A stretch of 64,000 nt of DNA from Candidatus Caldarchaeum sp. (lineage in GTDB: Archaea > Thermoproteota > Nitrososphaeria_A > Caldarchaeales > Caldarchaeaceae): the NCBI GenBank assembly GCA_038831915.1, contig JAWBKB010000002.1, forward strand, positions 1 through 64,000. The letters run 5' to 3'. The notes below the pieces were generated by a model, which saw only the letters and a list, made by a program, of their open reading frames with translations, did no database searches and had not been told where the DNA came from. Numbering within the stretch: the stretch's first letter is position 1; each line of letters starts with the position of its first letter. Shown here piece after piece: positions 19,531 to 30,053 of the stretch. The translations under genes and the position numbers were made by a program.

Positions 19531-20922
19531 TTGACGAATCCGTTGGATCTCGTGGTTAAGAACGGAAAAATCGTTACCTTGGATGGTGTTTACGAAGCTG
19601 AAATCGGCGTTGAGGATGGAAAAATTGTCCGAATCGCGAAAAACATAGAAGAGAAAGCCGACCAAGTTTATGATGCCAGGGGAATGCTCGTTTTCCCAGG
19701 CGCTATCGACGGCCACGTTCATTTCCGGCTGAAATATTTCGACGATGTCTACACGGCCGATGATTTTTACACCGGAACTGTCGCGGCCGCGTGCGGCGGG
19801 GTGACAGCAATCGTCGACTTCGTCACACCAGAGTCGGCTGAATATGTCGCGGAATTTCGCAACAGGAGGGAAGAAGCTGACCCAAACGTCGTAATCGATT
19901 ACGGACTGCACATGATTGTGACCCAGTTCGACGACAACATTCGAAATAATCTAGACTATCTTGTTGAGAATATGGGACTTGCGAGTGTGAAAATTTTCAC
20001 AGCCTACAGTAAACGTGGTTTAATGCTTGACGATGGAAAGATTTACCAGCTGATGAAATACTGCGCCGAGAAAAATATCCTCGTATTGGTTCACGCGGAA
20101 AACGAACACATGATAAACGCATTCGTTGAGCAATTCTTAGCCGAAGGCAAGACCGAACCGATTTATCATTCATGGAGTAGGCCTGACTTCGTGGAGGCTG
20201 AGGCCATTCAACGGATTGCTTTTCTCGCAGGTTTGACCGGTGCGGAAACTTTGATTGTGCATGTTTCGTCAGCAATGGGCCTTGAGAAAATCGTGGAAGC
20301 ACAAAGCCGTGGTGTAAAGATTCACGGCGAAACATGTCCGCATTATTTGATGTTTACGGAGGATGTTTACCGTAGGTCCGACGGGGCAAAATACATCATG
20401 TCACCGCCGTTGAAGAAGGAAAAAGACCGGGAAGGAATATGGAAAGGATTGTTGGCGGGAAAGTTCTCCGTCGTAGGAAGCGACCACGCCTGCTTCAACT
20501 CATGGATAAAACTTTCTCCGAAAAAGTTCACGGATGTCCCAGGAGGAGTAGCAGGCACGGAGATCATACCCATGCTTCTCTTCTCGGAGGGGGTGGTGAA
20601 AAGAGGAATGTCCTTAAAGCTTTTCGTCGAAGTGACGTCCTACAACCCGGCCAGAATTTATGGGCTCTCCGATGTCAAAGGCGGGATAGCAGTTGGAAAG
20701 GATGCGGACCTCTATCTCCTCGACCCCAACAGCAAAACCCGTCTTTCGAAAGAAAATCTTCACAGCAACATCGACCACTCAATTTACGATGACGTGGAGG
20801 TTTCATGCCGGGTCGCGGCGACTTTTTCAAGGGGTGAGCTGGTGGCTGAAAACGGCTCGTTCGTCGGCAGACGTGGACGCAGCAAATATTTGTACCGTCG
20901 CCGAGGTGTTTATCCAGGTTGA
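19531..20922 (+). CDS. hydA: Dihydropyrimidinase/hydantoinase-type cyclic amidohydrolase
   Basis: PGAIDGHVH, SVKIFTAY, VHAEN, ETCPHY, SPPL and GSDH motifs. Confidence 0.85.
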   Translation: MTNPLDLVVKNGKIVTLDGVYEAEIGVEDGKIVRIAKNIEEKADQVYDARGMLVFPGAIDGHVHFRLKYFDDVYTADDFYTGTVAAACGGVTAIVDFVTPESAEYVAEFRNRREEADPNVVIDYGLHMIVTQFDDNIRNNLDYLVENMGLASVKIFTAYSKRGLMLDDGKIYQLMKYCAEKNILVLVHAENEHMINAFVEQFLAEGKTEPIYHSWSRPDFVEAEAIQRIAFLAGLTGAETLIVHVSSAMGLEKIVEAQSRGVKIHGETCPHYLMFTEDVYRRSDGAKYIMSPPLKKEKDREGIWKGLLAGKFSVVGSDHACFNSWIKLSPKKFTDVPGGVAGTEIIPMLLFSEGVVKRGMSLKLFVEVTSYNPARIYGLSDVKGGIAVGKDADLYLLDPNSKTRLSKENLHSNIDHSIYDDVEVSCRVAATFSRGELVAENGSFVGRRGRSKYLYRRRGVYPG

Positions 20923-21761
20923 GAAGACGACCCGCCGTGGCAGGACTTTTTTACGAAGGCTCCCGAAACGCTCTCCTCAAACAAATAGAGGATTGTTTTC
21001 TCTCTCGTCACGGGCCTGGAATGCTTCCGGAGAGGAAATGGGGTGCACGTCGTGTTCCAGCTCTCATATGTCCACACGCAGGTTACATGTATTCAGGGCC
21101 CGTGGCCGCCCATGCATACAAATTCCTTGACAAATACAGCAAGCCAGAATCGGTCATCATCTTCGGGCCTAACCACTACGGCATCGGAACAATCGTTTCA
21201 ATCTACCCCTCCGGGTACTGGACAACACCGCTCGGAGACGCTGAGATCGACGCCAAGCTGGCCGAAGAAATCGCACAAACGCGGGAAATCTTCTTCCTCG
21301 ACGAAAAAAGCCACAGCCGCGAACATTCCATAGAAGTCCAAATCCCATTCCTCCAATATCTTTACGGAGAGTTCAAGTTAGTTCCTATATGCATCAACGA
21401 CCAAAGCCTCGAAACATGCGTCGAAATAGGGGAAGCCGTGGCCGAAGTAGTGAACAAAAGAAACATTCTGATGATTGCTTCAACCGATTTCACTCACTAC
21501 GAACCACATGAGACAGTTCTGAAAAAAGACCGATATGCTTTGGAGACGATTGAGAGGTTCGACGTAATGGGTCTTTACAGAGTTTTGGAAAAACACAACA
21601 TAACGATGTGCGGCTATGGAGCGGTGGCGGCGCTTCTTTCAGCGGTCAAAAAACTCGGAGCCTCGAAGGCAACGGTGCTAAAACAGTCAACGAGCGGCGA
21701 AACAAGCGGTGACTATGACTCAGTGGTAGGGTACGCCTCATGTGTCATTGGGTTTGAATGA
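20919..21761 (+). CDS. MEMO1-family protein (AmmeMemoRadiSam B)
   Basis: PAVAGLFY, PHAGYMYSG, EHSIEVQ, STDFTHY, VVGY. Confidence 0.92.
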   Translation: MRRRPAVAGLFYEGSRNALLKQIEDCFLSRHGPGMLPERKWGARRVPALICPHAGYMYSGPVAAHAYKFLDKYSKPESVIIFGPNHYGIGTIVSIYPSGYWTTPLGDAEIDAKLAEEIAQTREIFFLDEKSHSREHSIEVQIPFLQYLYGEFKLVPICINDQSLETCVEIGEAVAEVVNKRNILMIASTDFTHYEPHETVLKKDRYALETIERFDVMGLYRVLEKHNITMCGYGAVAALLSAVKKLGASKATVLKQSTSGETSGDYDSVVGYASCVIGFE

Positions 21762-21762
21762 G

Positions 21763-22719
21763 ATGAAAACTGTGGTCTCGGCCTCGGCTCCGGGTAAAGT
21801 CATTCTATTTGGCGAACATTTTGTTGTTTCCGGATTCCCAGCAATAGTGACAGCGATAGACAAACGCGTTCGTGTAACGTTTTCACAGAGCTTGGAAAGA
21901 AAATTCATCATTGTTTCGGGACAGGCGTATTCTGCGTGGAATGTAAACGCCGAGCCTCTAAGCCAACGACCTTCGCTTTTCCAGCCGCTTTATAACATGG
22001 TGAAAAAATTAAGTGATGACTTCGGGTTCAAATGCGTAGGCAAAGTTGAAATCTTCTCCGAAATAACGGGTGCCGCTGGACTCGGTTCATCCGCCGCCGT
22101 ATCAGTAGCGTTGACCAAAGCGGTCTCCGACATGTATGAACTAAACCTAACACCTGAACAGGTCATACAATATGCGATGGTGGCGGAGAAAGAGTTTCAT
22201 GGAAGACCATCGGGAATAGACACGACTATTGCCACCGTGGGTGGAACAATAGCTTACCACAGCCCCGGGAACTATAGACAAATCAATGTACCAGCCAACC
22301 CTGAAGTCATCATAGTTTTCAGCGGTAAGAAACGAAAAACATCAAAAATGGTGGAACACGTCCAGCAAACAGCTAAAGCGAAGCCTGCCTTCTTCAACGC
22401 ATTAGCTAACATTTATTCGCGAGTTTACTGCGAGGCCGTTGACGCGATGACCTCGACCAACTTTGAAAAACTAGGTCGTCTTTTTCTGCTAAATCATTTT
22501 CTTCTCCGTTGTCTTGGGTTGTCAAACGAAGGTCTCGAAAAAATTGTCGAAGATCTTTTGAGCTTCGGCGCGTTTGGCGCAAAGGTCACCGGTGGTGGAG
22601 GGGGAGGCTGCGTCATCGGCTTGGGGGGAGAGAAATCATCAGCGATTTTGGCGGGTTTGTCTACCGTTTATCCGAAGGTTTGGCTAAGTCAAACAGGTTG
22701 CAGAGGGGTTGGTGAATAA
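21763..22719 (+). CDS. mvk: Mevalonate kinase
   Basis: APGKVILFGEH, GLGSSAA, HGRPSGID, KVTGGGGGG. Confidence 0.93.
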   Translation: MKTVVSASAPGKVILFGEHFVVSGFPAIVTAIDKRVRVTFSQSLERKFIIVSGQAYSAWNVNAEPLSQRPSLFQPLYNMVKKLSDDFGFKCVGKVEIFSEITGAAGLGSSAAVSVALTKAVSDMYELNLTPEQVIQYAMVAEKEFHGRPSGIDTTIATVGGTIAYHSPGNYRQINVPANPEVIIVFSGKKRKTSKMVEHVQQTAKAKPAFFNALANIYSRVYCEAVDAMTSTNFEKLGRLFLLNHFLLRCLGLSNEGLEKIVEDLLSFGAFGAKVTGGGGGGCVIGLGGEKSSAILAGLSTVYPKVWLSQTGCRGVGE

Positions 22720-23503
22720 CTTGGCCGGACTCGTAATTCTCAAGATCGGAGGTTCAGTGATCACAGATAAGAAAAGAAGCAAAAGCTTCCGCAGTGACGT
22801 GATGGAGCGTATATCCAGGGAGGTAGCACGTTGCTGGCCAACCCCATTGGTAATCATTCATGGTGCAGGGTCTTACGGGCATCCTTGGGCCAAGCAGTAC
22901 AACTTGGACCAAGGATTCAAGGAGCAGAGACAGCTCGAAGGATTCGTCAAAACAGTTCAGCTGGTGAAGGAGCTGAACCAAATGGTGGTTCACTCCTTGA
23001 TAGAGACTGGCATAGGCTCCGTTGGAATTCCCGCGTCCAACCTGTTTATCACGAGGAAAGGTGTAATTGAGACAGCTCATTTGGACTTGATTTTTTCCGC
23101 ACTGGACCTCGGAATCATTCCGGTCACTTGCGGCGATGCTGTGTTCGACCGCGAGCTGAAATTCACAGTTCTTTCAGGCGATCAAATCGCAGTCCATCTC
23201 GCCAAATCACTCAAGGCAGCGAAGCTTGTGTATGCTTCGGATGTCGAAGGGGTCTATGAAGTAGACCGCTCAACTGGAGAGAAAAAGTTAATCGAAAGGC
23301 TTGACTATCGAAAACATTTGACGATCTACTATGGTGACGTTGAGGGAGATGACGTGACAGGTGGAATGTTTTACAAAGTTGACACAGCTTTCGAAGCTGT
23401 TAAAGCAGGTGTCAAAGTTTACGTGGTCAATGGCTTAGCAGAAGGGAGAATCGAAGCAACTATCAAAGGTAAACCAGTCACCGGAACCATGTTGGTGCCA
23501 TGA
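22709..23503 (+). CDS. ipk: Isopentenyl phosphate kinase
   Basis: LKIGGSVITDK, HGAGSYGH, DVTGGM; lies between mvk and fni. Confidence 0.9.
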   Translation: MVNNLAGLVILKIGGSVITDKKRSKSFRSDVMERISREVARCWPTPLVIIHGAGSYGHPWAKQYNLDQGFKEQRQLEGFVKTVQLVKELNQMVVHSLIETGIGSVGIPASNLFITRKGVIETAHLDLIFSALDLGIIPVTCGDAVFDRELKFTVLSGDQIAVHLAKSLKAAKLVYASDVEGVYEVDRSTGEKKLIERLDYRKHLTIYYGDVEGDDVTGGMFYKVDTAFEAVKAGVKVYVVNGLAEGRIEATIKGKPVTGTMLVP

Positions 23504-23504
23504 G

Positions 23505-24581
23505 ATGTCTATCGAGACACGTAAAGCAGACCACATAAAAATCAGCCTCGAAAGAGACGTCTCGTTCAAAAAATCAACCTGGCTTGAATACGTCGAACTT
23601 GTTCATCAAGCTGCACCAGACTTTGACCCCGACGAAATCGACACTTCGACGGTTTTTTTGGGTGAGAAGTTCAGCCATCCGTTCATAATCGAGTCGATGA
23701 CAGGCGGAACGGATCTGGCTGAAAAAATCAACGCTAACCTTGCGGAAGCTGCTGCAAGGTTTAACATACCAATGGGAGTGGGGAGTCAGCGTGCGGGAGT
23801 CGTCAAGCCCGAAACAGCAAAAACATTTCGAGTAGCGAGGGACCATGCACCAGACGTTTTTTTGATTGGAAACATCGGAGCCGCCCAGCTCGTCGAAAAA
23901 GGCCTTGACTTCGCTTTTCAAGCCGTGAAAATGATCGACGCCAACGCTCTCGCAATACATTTGAATCCGTTGCAGGAAATTGTTCAGCCCGACGGTGAAC
24001 CCAAATTCAAAAACTTCTACAAAATCCTCAAAAGTCTAAAAAAATCGCTGCCAGTTCCGATTATTTTGAAAGAGATTGGATGCGGTCTTTCCAGGGAAAT
24101 AGTTGTGGCAGCTGATAGAGCCGGTGTCGATGCCTTTGATGTGGCCGGCTCGGGTGGAACGAATTGGACGTTGATTGAAATGATACGGTCTGAAGCTAGC
24201 CAGAGCACTGAGAAAAAATCTCTGGCCGAAGTGTATCTGGAATGGGGTATCCCGACAGCAGCGGCACTCATTGAATCTGTCAGTGTGACGTCGAAGCCAG
24301 TGATTGCTTCGGGGGGTTTACGGACAGGTCTGGATTCAGCAAAATGCATTGCGTTAGGTGCCTCGATGACTGGATTGGCCAGGCCGTTTCTCGGACCTGC
24401 GACCCAGTCATCGGAACAAGTTCTCGCGGTGTTGTCAAAGCTTTCGAACGAGTTGAAGACCGCGATGTATCTAACGAGTTCGAGAACAATCAAGGATTTA
24501 CGCAGAGCTCCGAAAGTTTTGATGGGGCCTCTGAGTGAATGGGCGTCGCAAAGGATTATTCGTGGCAGAAAACGAAGATAG
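23505..24581 (+). CDS. fni: Type 2 isopentenyl-diphosphate isomerase
   Basis: RKADHI, MTGG, GVGSQR, HLNPLQE, GSGGT. Confidence 0.95.
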   Translation: MSIETRKADHIKISLERDVSFKKSTWLEYVELVHQAAPDFDPDEIDTSTVFLGEKFSHPFIIESMTGGTDLAEKINANLAEAAARFNIPMGVGSQRAGVVKPETAKTFRVARDHAPDVFLIGNIGAAQLVEKGLDFAFQAVKMIDANALAIHLNPLQEIVQPDGEPKFKNFYKILKSLKKSLPVPIILKEIGCGLSREIVVAADRAGVDAFDVAGSGGTNWTLIEMIRSEASQSTEKKSLAEVYLEWGIPTAAALIESVSVTSKPVIASGGLRTGLDSAKCIALGASMTGLARPFLGPATQSSEQVLAVLSKLSNELKTAMYLTSSRTIKDLRRAPKVLMGPLSEWASQRIIRGRKRR

Positions 24582-26283
24582 GCTCCTCTCGGCTATCCCG
24601 CCTTACAAACCCATATCTCTCAAACTGTACAACTCCATCGAATGGTACCGATTCAACCGCTTTTTCACCCAGGCCTTTCTCCAACCACAAGCTGTCACGG
24701 TTTATCGACCCATCAACGGCGAAAAGGTCTCCGTAACGCAAAACCTTAACCTCTGTATTTTCTTCGGAAACCCACTGAATAATTAGTCCTTCCTTGAGCG
24801 GAGGACCTGAAATGACTTCTCCGACCAAGCGGTCATCATATTTTTCTATCAACTTTATGTTGGCGTAAAGTTTGCAGCGGAACACGGAACCCGGCCTCAG
24901 TGCCTGCGTGTCTCTACGAGAAATGTAGACAGTGTCTTTAACTTTGATTATGCGTTTTCCAAAGTCGGCAGAAGGATGAAATGGTATTTCAACCTCTTTC
25001 GGCTCGGCGTTTATCAGCTCGACTTTCACAGGGTCGATGACGAAAAAGTATCTTTGCGCCAATGGGTCTAGAATTTTCCTGTTGATGCTGTGTAGCAGGC
25101 TCCAGTCGTATTCTTTCTTAGCGGTGCTAACTCCCGCATAGCTGTATGTAAATTCTCGGAGTGTTTCAGGCCTGATCCCTCTTCTTTTGACGGCTTCAAT
25201 TGTGGAAAGACGAGGGTCATCCCATCCTGTGACGATTCCCTTTTCAATCAAGCTTCTGATCTCACGTTTAGACGTGGTAACTCCGCGGAACTCGAATCGC
25301 GCGAATTCCACGTAAACAGGGTTGGGAAGATTTAGGAAGCTCCGTATCATGTTTTGAAGCTCGTCACGAAAGGCGAATTCACTGCTCCGCAACACATGCG
25401 TCACACCGCATAAAGCGTCCTGAACTGCTGCGGCGAAATCGTAGGTGGGCCAAAGCCGGTAATCCCTGCCTTTCAAAGGATGAGGATGGTCTACAATCCG
25501 GAACATGACCGGGTCGCGTAATGCTGTGTTGGGACTGTCATGCACCCCTCTGAGCCTAAACGAAATTTCACCCTCACGATAATGTCCAGCCAAAACTTTG
25601 TCCCAGATTTCAAGCGATTCATCGGTCGGCATGTCTCGGTGCTCGCAAATAGACGCCGTAGCTCTCTGATAGTGCATTTGTTCAGCGCTGCAGAAGCATG
25701 GATAAAGAACCGAGCGACGAATCAACGCCGTCGCATATTCATAATACTTCTCCATGTCATCGGAGTTGTTTTTCTCATAATCCCATTCGATTCCAAGCCA
25801 TCGATATCCCTTGCGGAAGCTATCATAGTAGACGAGGTTTGCTTTCCGGGGGTTCGTGTCTTCAAACCTTAGCCAGAGCTTGCCGTGGTAATGTCGTGCG
25901 TAATATTCGTTAATTAGTCCGGCGATGGCGTGACCTAGGTGCATGTAGCCGCTGGGCTCCGGTGGTAGACGTGTAACTACCCGGCCCCTCTGAGCTGCCG
26001 GCAGCTCAGGTAGTCGCCGCTCTTCAACCACAGTGGGTTTTTTGCTCGGTTCACCATATCTTTCGACCAATATTCTCTTCTGCGTCTCCAAATCCAACGC
26101 GTTGACTTCATCAACGACTTCAGCGACGACTTGCTTCAATTCGCGGGCCTTCGGCCTGAGTAATACGTCTTCACCTAAGATTTTAGAGAGAACGGAGTTG
26201 GCCGCGGCCTTTCCGCCGTGTTCGACCGCGTTCCTTAAAGCAACCATGAAGATTTTTTCCCGGATGTCCTGCATCCCATTCAT
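24556..26283 (-). CDS. gltX: Glutamyl-tRNA synthetase
   Basis: PPEPSGYMHLGH, RFEDTNP, GWDDPRL, QFERYGF. Confidence 0.95.
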   Translation of the reverse strand: MNGMQDIREKIFMVALRNAVEHGGKAAANSVLSKILGEDVLLRPKARELKQVVAEVVDEVNALDLETQKRILVERYGEPSKKPTVVEERRLPELPAAQRGRVVTRLPPEPSGYMHLGHAIAGLINEYYARHYHGKLWLRFEDTNPRKANLVYYDSFRKGYRWLGIEWDYEKNNSDDMEKYYEYATALIRRSVLYPCFCSAEQMHYQRATASICEHRDMPTDESLEIWDKVLAGHYREGEISFRLRGVHDSPNTALRDPVMFRIVDHPHPLKGRDYRLWPTYDFAAAVQDALCGVTHVLRSSEFAFRDELQNMIRSFLNLPNPVYVEFARFEFRGVTTSKREIRSLIEKGIVTGWDDPRLSTIEAVKRRGIRPETLREFTYSYAGVSTAKKEYDWSLLHSINRKILDPLAQRYFFVIDPVKVELINAEPKEVEIPFHPSADFGKRIIKVKDTVYISRRDTQALRPGSVFRCKLYANIKLIEKYDDRLVGEVISGPPLKEGLIIQWVSEENTEVKVLRYGDLFAVDGSINRDSLWLEKGLGEKAVESVPFDGVVQFERYGFVRRDSREEPIFVFCHE

Positions 26284-26389
26284 AGTTGTGCAAGAACCTT
26301 TTTAGTGGTGCGTGACGGGTTTATTTATTAATTTAGCGCGATAAGCTTTAAGTTATGCATGTTATTGTTAGTCGGGGAGATGAAGGCCC

Positions 26390-26770
26390 ATGCCCAATCC
26401 ATACTACCAAACTTTCTCGCCTCCTGAGGAACTGATGACCGCGTCGCTAGAGGCAGTAAGGCTAGCTCGGACAAGTGGAAAGATAAAAAAGGGTGTCAAT
26501 GAAGTCATTAAAGCCATTGAGAGAGGTCAGGCAAAATTTGTCGTGATAGCGACCGATGTCGACCCGCCGGAAATTGTTGCGTTCCTTCCGACGTTATGCG
26601 AGGAAAGAAAGATAAACTACATTTTCGTCAACTCGAAGGCCCAGCTGGGAGAAGTGGCGGGGCTTTCCGTTCCAGCGAGTTCCGTCGCGATAGTTGACCC
26701 TGGTGAAGCTAAAGGATACTTGGAGGAGATTGCGAAGAAGGTCAGCGAAATTCGTTCGAAGAAACAGTAG
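26390..26770 (+). CDS. rpl7ae: Ribosomal protein L7Ae (eL8)
   Basis: [22 protein letters not shown]. Confidence 0.97.
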   Translation: MPNPYYQTFSPPEELMTASLEAVRLARTSGKIKKGVNEVIKAIERGQAKFVVIATDVDPPEIVAFLPTLCEERKINYIFVNSKAQLGEVAGLSVPASSVAIVDPGEAKGYLEEIAKKVSEIRSKKQ

Positions 26771-26780
26771 GTGAATAGTT

Positions 26781-27005
26781 ATGAGCACGAAAGCTCCGCC
26801 GAAAGTCGAAGAACCAATTCCAGCTGTCGTCGAGCAGGTAGTTGGCAGGACAGGTGTTACCGGTGAGGTCACTCAAGTACGTGTCCGGATTCTCAAAGGC
26901 AAGGACGAAGGACGCGTCATTTCCAGAAACGTAAAGGGGCCTGTCAGAGTCGGAGACATCCTGATGTTGCTCGACGTAGAGAGAGAAGCCGAAAAAATCA
27001 AGTGA
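26781..27005 (+). CDS. rps28e: Ribosomal protein S28e
   Basis: [23 protein letters not shown]. Confidence 0.97.
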   Translation: MSTKAPPKVEEPIPAVVEQVVGRTGVTGEVTQVRVRILKGKDEGRVISRNVKGPVRVGDILMLLDVEREAEKIK

Positions 27006-27011
27006 TCCAAG

Positions 27012-27185
27012 ATGGTTACAGTGCATAAATGTTCATTTTGCGGGCGGGAATTCATTCACGGACGAGGAATGCTATTCGTTAGAAACGACGGCACGTTGCT
27101 TTGGTTTTGCTCTCGAAGATGCAGAATATACATGGTCGAACATCGCAAAGACCCGCGGAAAATCAAATGGACAAAAACATCGTGA
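27012..27185 (+). CDS. rpl24e: Ribosomal protein L24e (not in the ORF track)
   Basis: Manual translation [37 protein letters not shown]...KWTKTS. Confidence 0.93.
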   Translation: MVTVHKCSFCGREFIHGRGMLFVRNDGTLLWFCSRRCRIYMVEHRKDPRKIKWTKTS

Positions 27186-27197
27186 AACGGTGGTTAA

Positions 27198-27614
27198 ATG
27201 GAACGGACATTCGTCATTTTAAAACCGAAAGCCGTTCAAAGAGGCTTAGTTGGCGAAATTATTGCACGATTTGAAAGGAAAGGCCTGCGACTGGTTGAGA
27301 TGCAGATGAAACAGATGACTCGGGAGGAAGCCGCCCGGCTTTATGAAGTGCATAGAGGTAAGCCATTTTACGATGACCTTATCAAAGTTATGACTTCAGG
27401 CCCCGTTGTTTTAATGGTCCTCGAGGGACGGCAGGCAGTTGAGGTAGTGCGTAAGCTGATTGGAGCCACTGACCCTGTGAAAGCCGAGCCCGGAACAATT
27501 CGCGGTGACTATGGACTTGAAATCACCGACAACCTTGTTCATGCGTCTGACAGCGGAGAATCTTTTGAAAGAGAATCGGTGATTTTTTTCCAGAGTCTGG
27601 GGAAAACACATTAA
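27198..27614 (+). CDS. ndk: Nucleoside diphosphate kinase
   Basis: [16 protein letters not shown]. Confidence 0.95.
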   Translation: MERTFVILKPKAVQRGLVGEIIARFERKGLRLVEMQMKQMTREEAARLYEVHRGKPFYDDLIKVMTSGPVVLMVLEGRQAVEVVRKLIGATDPVKAEPGTIRGDYGLEITDNLVHASDSGESFERESVIFFQSLGKTH

Positions 27615-27638
27615 GCGGCTAAACGCTCTCACACGGGA

Positions 27639-28877
27639 ATGCCTTTACCGAAACAGCCTGAAGTTAACATAGGCACGCTAGGACATGTCGACAACGGCAA
27701 AAGCACGATCGTGCAAAGCATTACGGGTGTTTGGACTGCCAAACACAGCGAAGAACTGAAACGGGGAATCACCATACGGATAGGCTATGCTGACGCTGCT
27801 ATCTACAGGTGCCCGCTATGCACAGCTCCCTACGACCATTACCCGACCAGCAAATGTCCAGTCCATGGTGTAGACACCGAGTTCCAACGAGTGATTTCCT
27901 TCATAGATTGTCCTGGTCATCATTCGCTGATGGTGACCATGCTCTCGGGAGCGGCGTTGTTTGACGGAGCGATTTTCGTGGCTGACGTCAGGCAGAAATT
28001 TCCACAGCCTCAGGACAACGAACATTTACAGGCTGCAAAAATACTCGGAATAAAAAACCTCGTCATCGCTCAGAACAAAATCGACCTCGTAGACAAAACC
28101 CGCGCCTTAGAAAACTACGTTGAAATATCCGATTTCCTGGCTCAAAATGGGTATGAACGTGTTCCGATAATTCCTGTTTCAGGACAGCATGGAATAGGCA
28201 TCGAACCGCTGCTCTACGCTATCCAGAAATTGGTTAAAACCCCGCCTCGCGACCCTTCAAAACCTTCCCGCATGCCGGTGCTCCGCTCGTTTGACGTTAA
28301 CGTTCCAGGCACCCCTGCGAAGGAGATTAAAGGCGCTGTAATCGGAGGCTCGATAACTCAAGGAGTGATAAGAAAAGGAGACGAACTCGAAATACTTCCG
28401 GGTATCGCCCGGCAAAAGATGGGGAAAACGGTTTACGAACCGCTTTACACAGAAGTGACCAATTTGATGGCAGGTGGTAGAAATGTTGACGAAGCTTACC
28501 CAGGAGGTTTGACAGGAATCGAGACAACACTCGACCCGTCCATCGGTAAAAGCGACGGCCTCGTCGGAAACGTTGCCGGCAAACCTGGAACACTGCCTCC
28601 GGTGTTGAATTCACTCACGCTTGAATACTCCTTATTCGAAAAAGTTCTCGGAGTTGAAGGGGACGTAGCTGTCAAACAAATAGTGGAAAAGGAAGCATTA
28701 GTCGTTAACATTGCTTCAGCTGTTTCGAGCGGAATTGTCACCAAAAGGTCATCAAGCAGGCTTGAAATTCTGTTGTCAAGACCCGTGGTCGCGGAACCCA
28801 GAAGCAAAGCAGCGATTTCGCGAAAAATAGGCACTGGATGGCGTTTGATCGGATACGGCACAGTTGTGGGAAGTTAG
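27639..28877 (+). CDS. eif2g: Translation initiation factor aIF2 gamma
   Basis: GHVDNGKS, EELKRGITIRIGYA, DCPGH, NKID, WRLIGYG. Confidence 0.96.
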   Translation: MPLPKQPEVNIGTLGHVDNGKSTIVQSITGVWTAKHSEELKRGITIRIGYADAAIYRCPLCTAPYDHYPTSKCPVHGVDTEFQRVISFIDCPGHHSLMVTMLSGAALFDGAIFVADVRQKFPQPQDNEHLQAAKILGIKNLVIAQNKIDLVDKTRALENYVEISDFLAQNGYERVPIIPVSGQHGIGIEPLLYAIQKLVKTPPRDPSKPSRMPVLRSFDVNVPGTPAKEIKGAVIGGSITQGVIRKGDELEILPGIARQKMGKTVYEPLYTEVTNLMAGGRNVDEAYPGGLTGIETTLDPSIGKSDGLVGNVAGKPGTLPPVLNSLTLEYSLFEKVLGVEGDVAVKQIVEKEALVVNIASAVSSGIVTKRSSSRLEILLSRPVVAEPRSKAAISRKIGTGWRLIGYGTVVGS

Positions 28878-29264
28878 TTGAAGGTTTTAGTTGACACAAG
28901 TTTTTTGCTGCTTTGTGTTGAAAAAGGTAAGGATTTTTTCAGCATGCTGGAAAACAAAACAGCTGAAAGAATCGAGCCAGTCGTCCCCTCAGAAGTATTA
29001 AGCGAGCTGAAACGATTGGCGGCGAAAAGAGGTAAAAAGTCGAAAATGGCTTTGGCCGCTCTTCAAATTGCCGAAACTATGGAAAAGTTGGCGATGGAAC
29101 ATGAAGGCTCGGTCGACGATGCGCTGATATATTACGCCAAGAAAACAAACCATCCCATATTGACTTCCGACGCTAAACTTATGAAAAAACTTGCTTCGGA
29201 AAAAATTGAATATCTGACGGTTTCTTCAGCCGGAAAACCCATAGTTAGGCTTAAATTCCGTTGA
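28878..29264 (+). CDS. PIN-domain nuclease (Fcf1/Utp24-like)
   Basis: VDTSFL, EL, VDD and TSD acidic PIN residues; synteny. Confidence 0.85.
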   Translation: MKVLVDTSFLLLCVEKGKDFFSMLENKTAERIEPVVPSEVLSELKRLAAKRGKKSKMALAALQIAETMEKLAMEHEGSVDDALIYYAKKTNHPILTSDAKLMKKLASEKIEYLTVSSAGKPIVRLKFR

Positions 29265-29308
29265 AAACATCGCTAGAGAGTTAACGATGGCAAGAGGGTG
29301 TAGGCGAT

Positions 29309-29872
29309 TTGTTCATGATAGTTGAAGTTTCAGAGATAGTTGGTATTTCACCTGACAGTTTCGACAAACCTCTTGAAAAGGTGGTTTTGGAAAAATTGAG
29401 GAAAAGATACGAAGGCTCTGTCGACGAAGAGCTAGGCTACGTCATCATGGTTTTCGACGCAAAAGTTGAGAAAGTAGGCCGGTTACTTCCCCGAGACGGC
29501 TCAACATATCACCGGAGCACTTTCAAGTTGCTAACATACGTTCCACTGCTCAACGAAGTTGTCGTTGGCGAAGTTGTGGAGATCACCGATTTTGGATGCT
29601 TCGTCAGAATCGGCCCTCTCGACGGCTTACTCCACATCTCACAAATCATGGACGACTACATCACATATGACGAGAAAAACAACATGCTTGTCGGGAAGAA
29701 AACAGGTCGAAAACTCACCGTTGGGGATGATGTGCGTGGAAGAGTGAACGCGGTTTCCCTGACGGGAGGAGCTGGAGGAAAAGTTTCGCTGGTCACTCGT
29801 CAACCCATGATGGGAGCATTAAAATGGATAGAAGAAGACTTGGCTAAGATGGTGCAGTCAAGTGTCGGTTAA
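29309..29872 (+). CDS. rpoE1: RNA polymerase subunit E' (Rpo7)
   Basis: FGCFVRIGPLDGLLHISQIMDD. Confidence 0.95.
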   Translation: MFMIVEVSEIVGISPDSFDKPLEKVVLEKLRKRYEGSVDEELGYVIMVFDAKVEKVGRLLPRDGSTYHRSTFKLLTYVPLLNEVVVGEVVEITDFGCFVRIGPLDGLLHISQIMDDYITYDEKNNMLVGKKTGRKLTVGDDVRGRVNAVSLTGGAGGKVSLVTRQPMMGALKWIEEDLAKMVQSSVG

Positions 29873-30053
29873 GCCTAAGGCATGTAGGAATTGCAGAAGA
29901 ATCGTCGTCGGGAAGACGTGTGATGTATGCGGTTCTTCAAACCTAAGCACCAGTTTTTCCGGGTTGTTGCTGGTCTTAGACGTAGAGCGTTCACAGATAG
30001 CCAAGGAACTTGGAATAAGGAAGACTGGAAGATACGCGGTCAAGGTTGACTGA
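29862..30053 (+). CDS. spt4: Transcription elongation factor Spt4 (RpoE'')
   Basis: KACRNC..CDVCGS, SQIAKELGI..GRYAVKV. Confidence 0.95.
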   Translation: MSVKPKACRNCRRIVVGKTCDVCGSSNLSTSFSGLLLVLDVERSQIAKELGIRKTGRYAVKVD

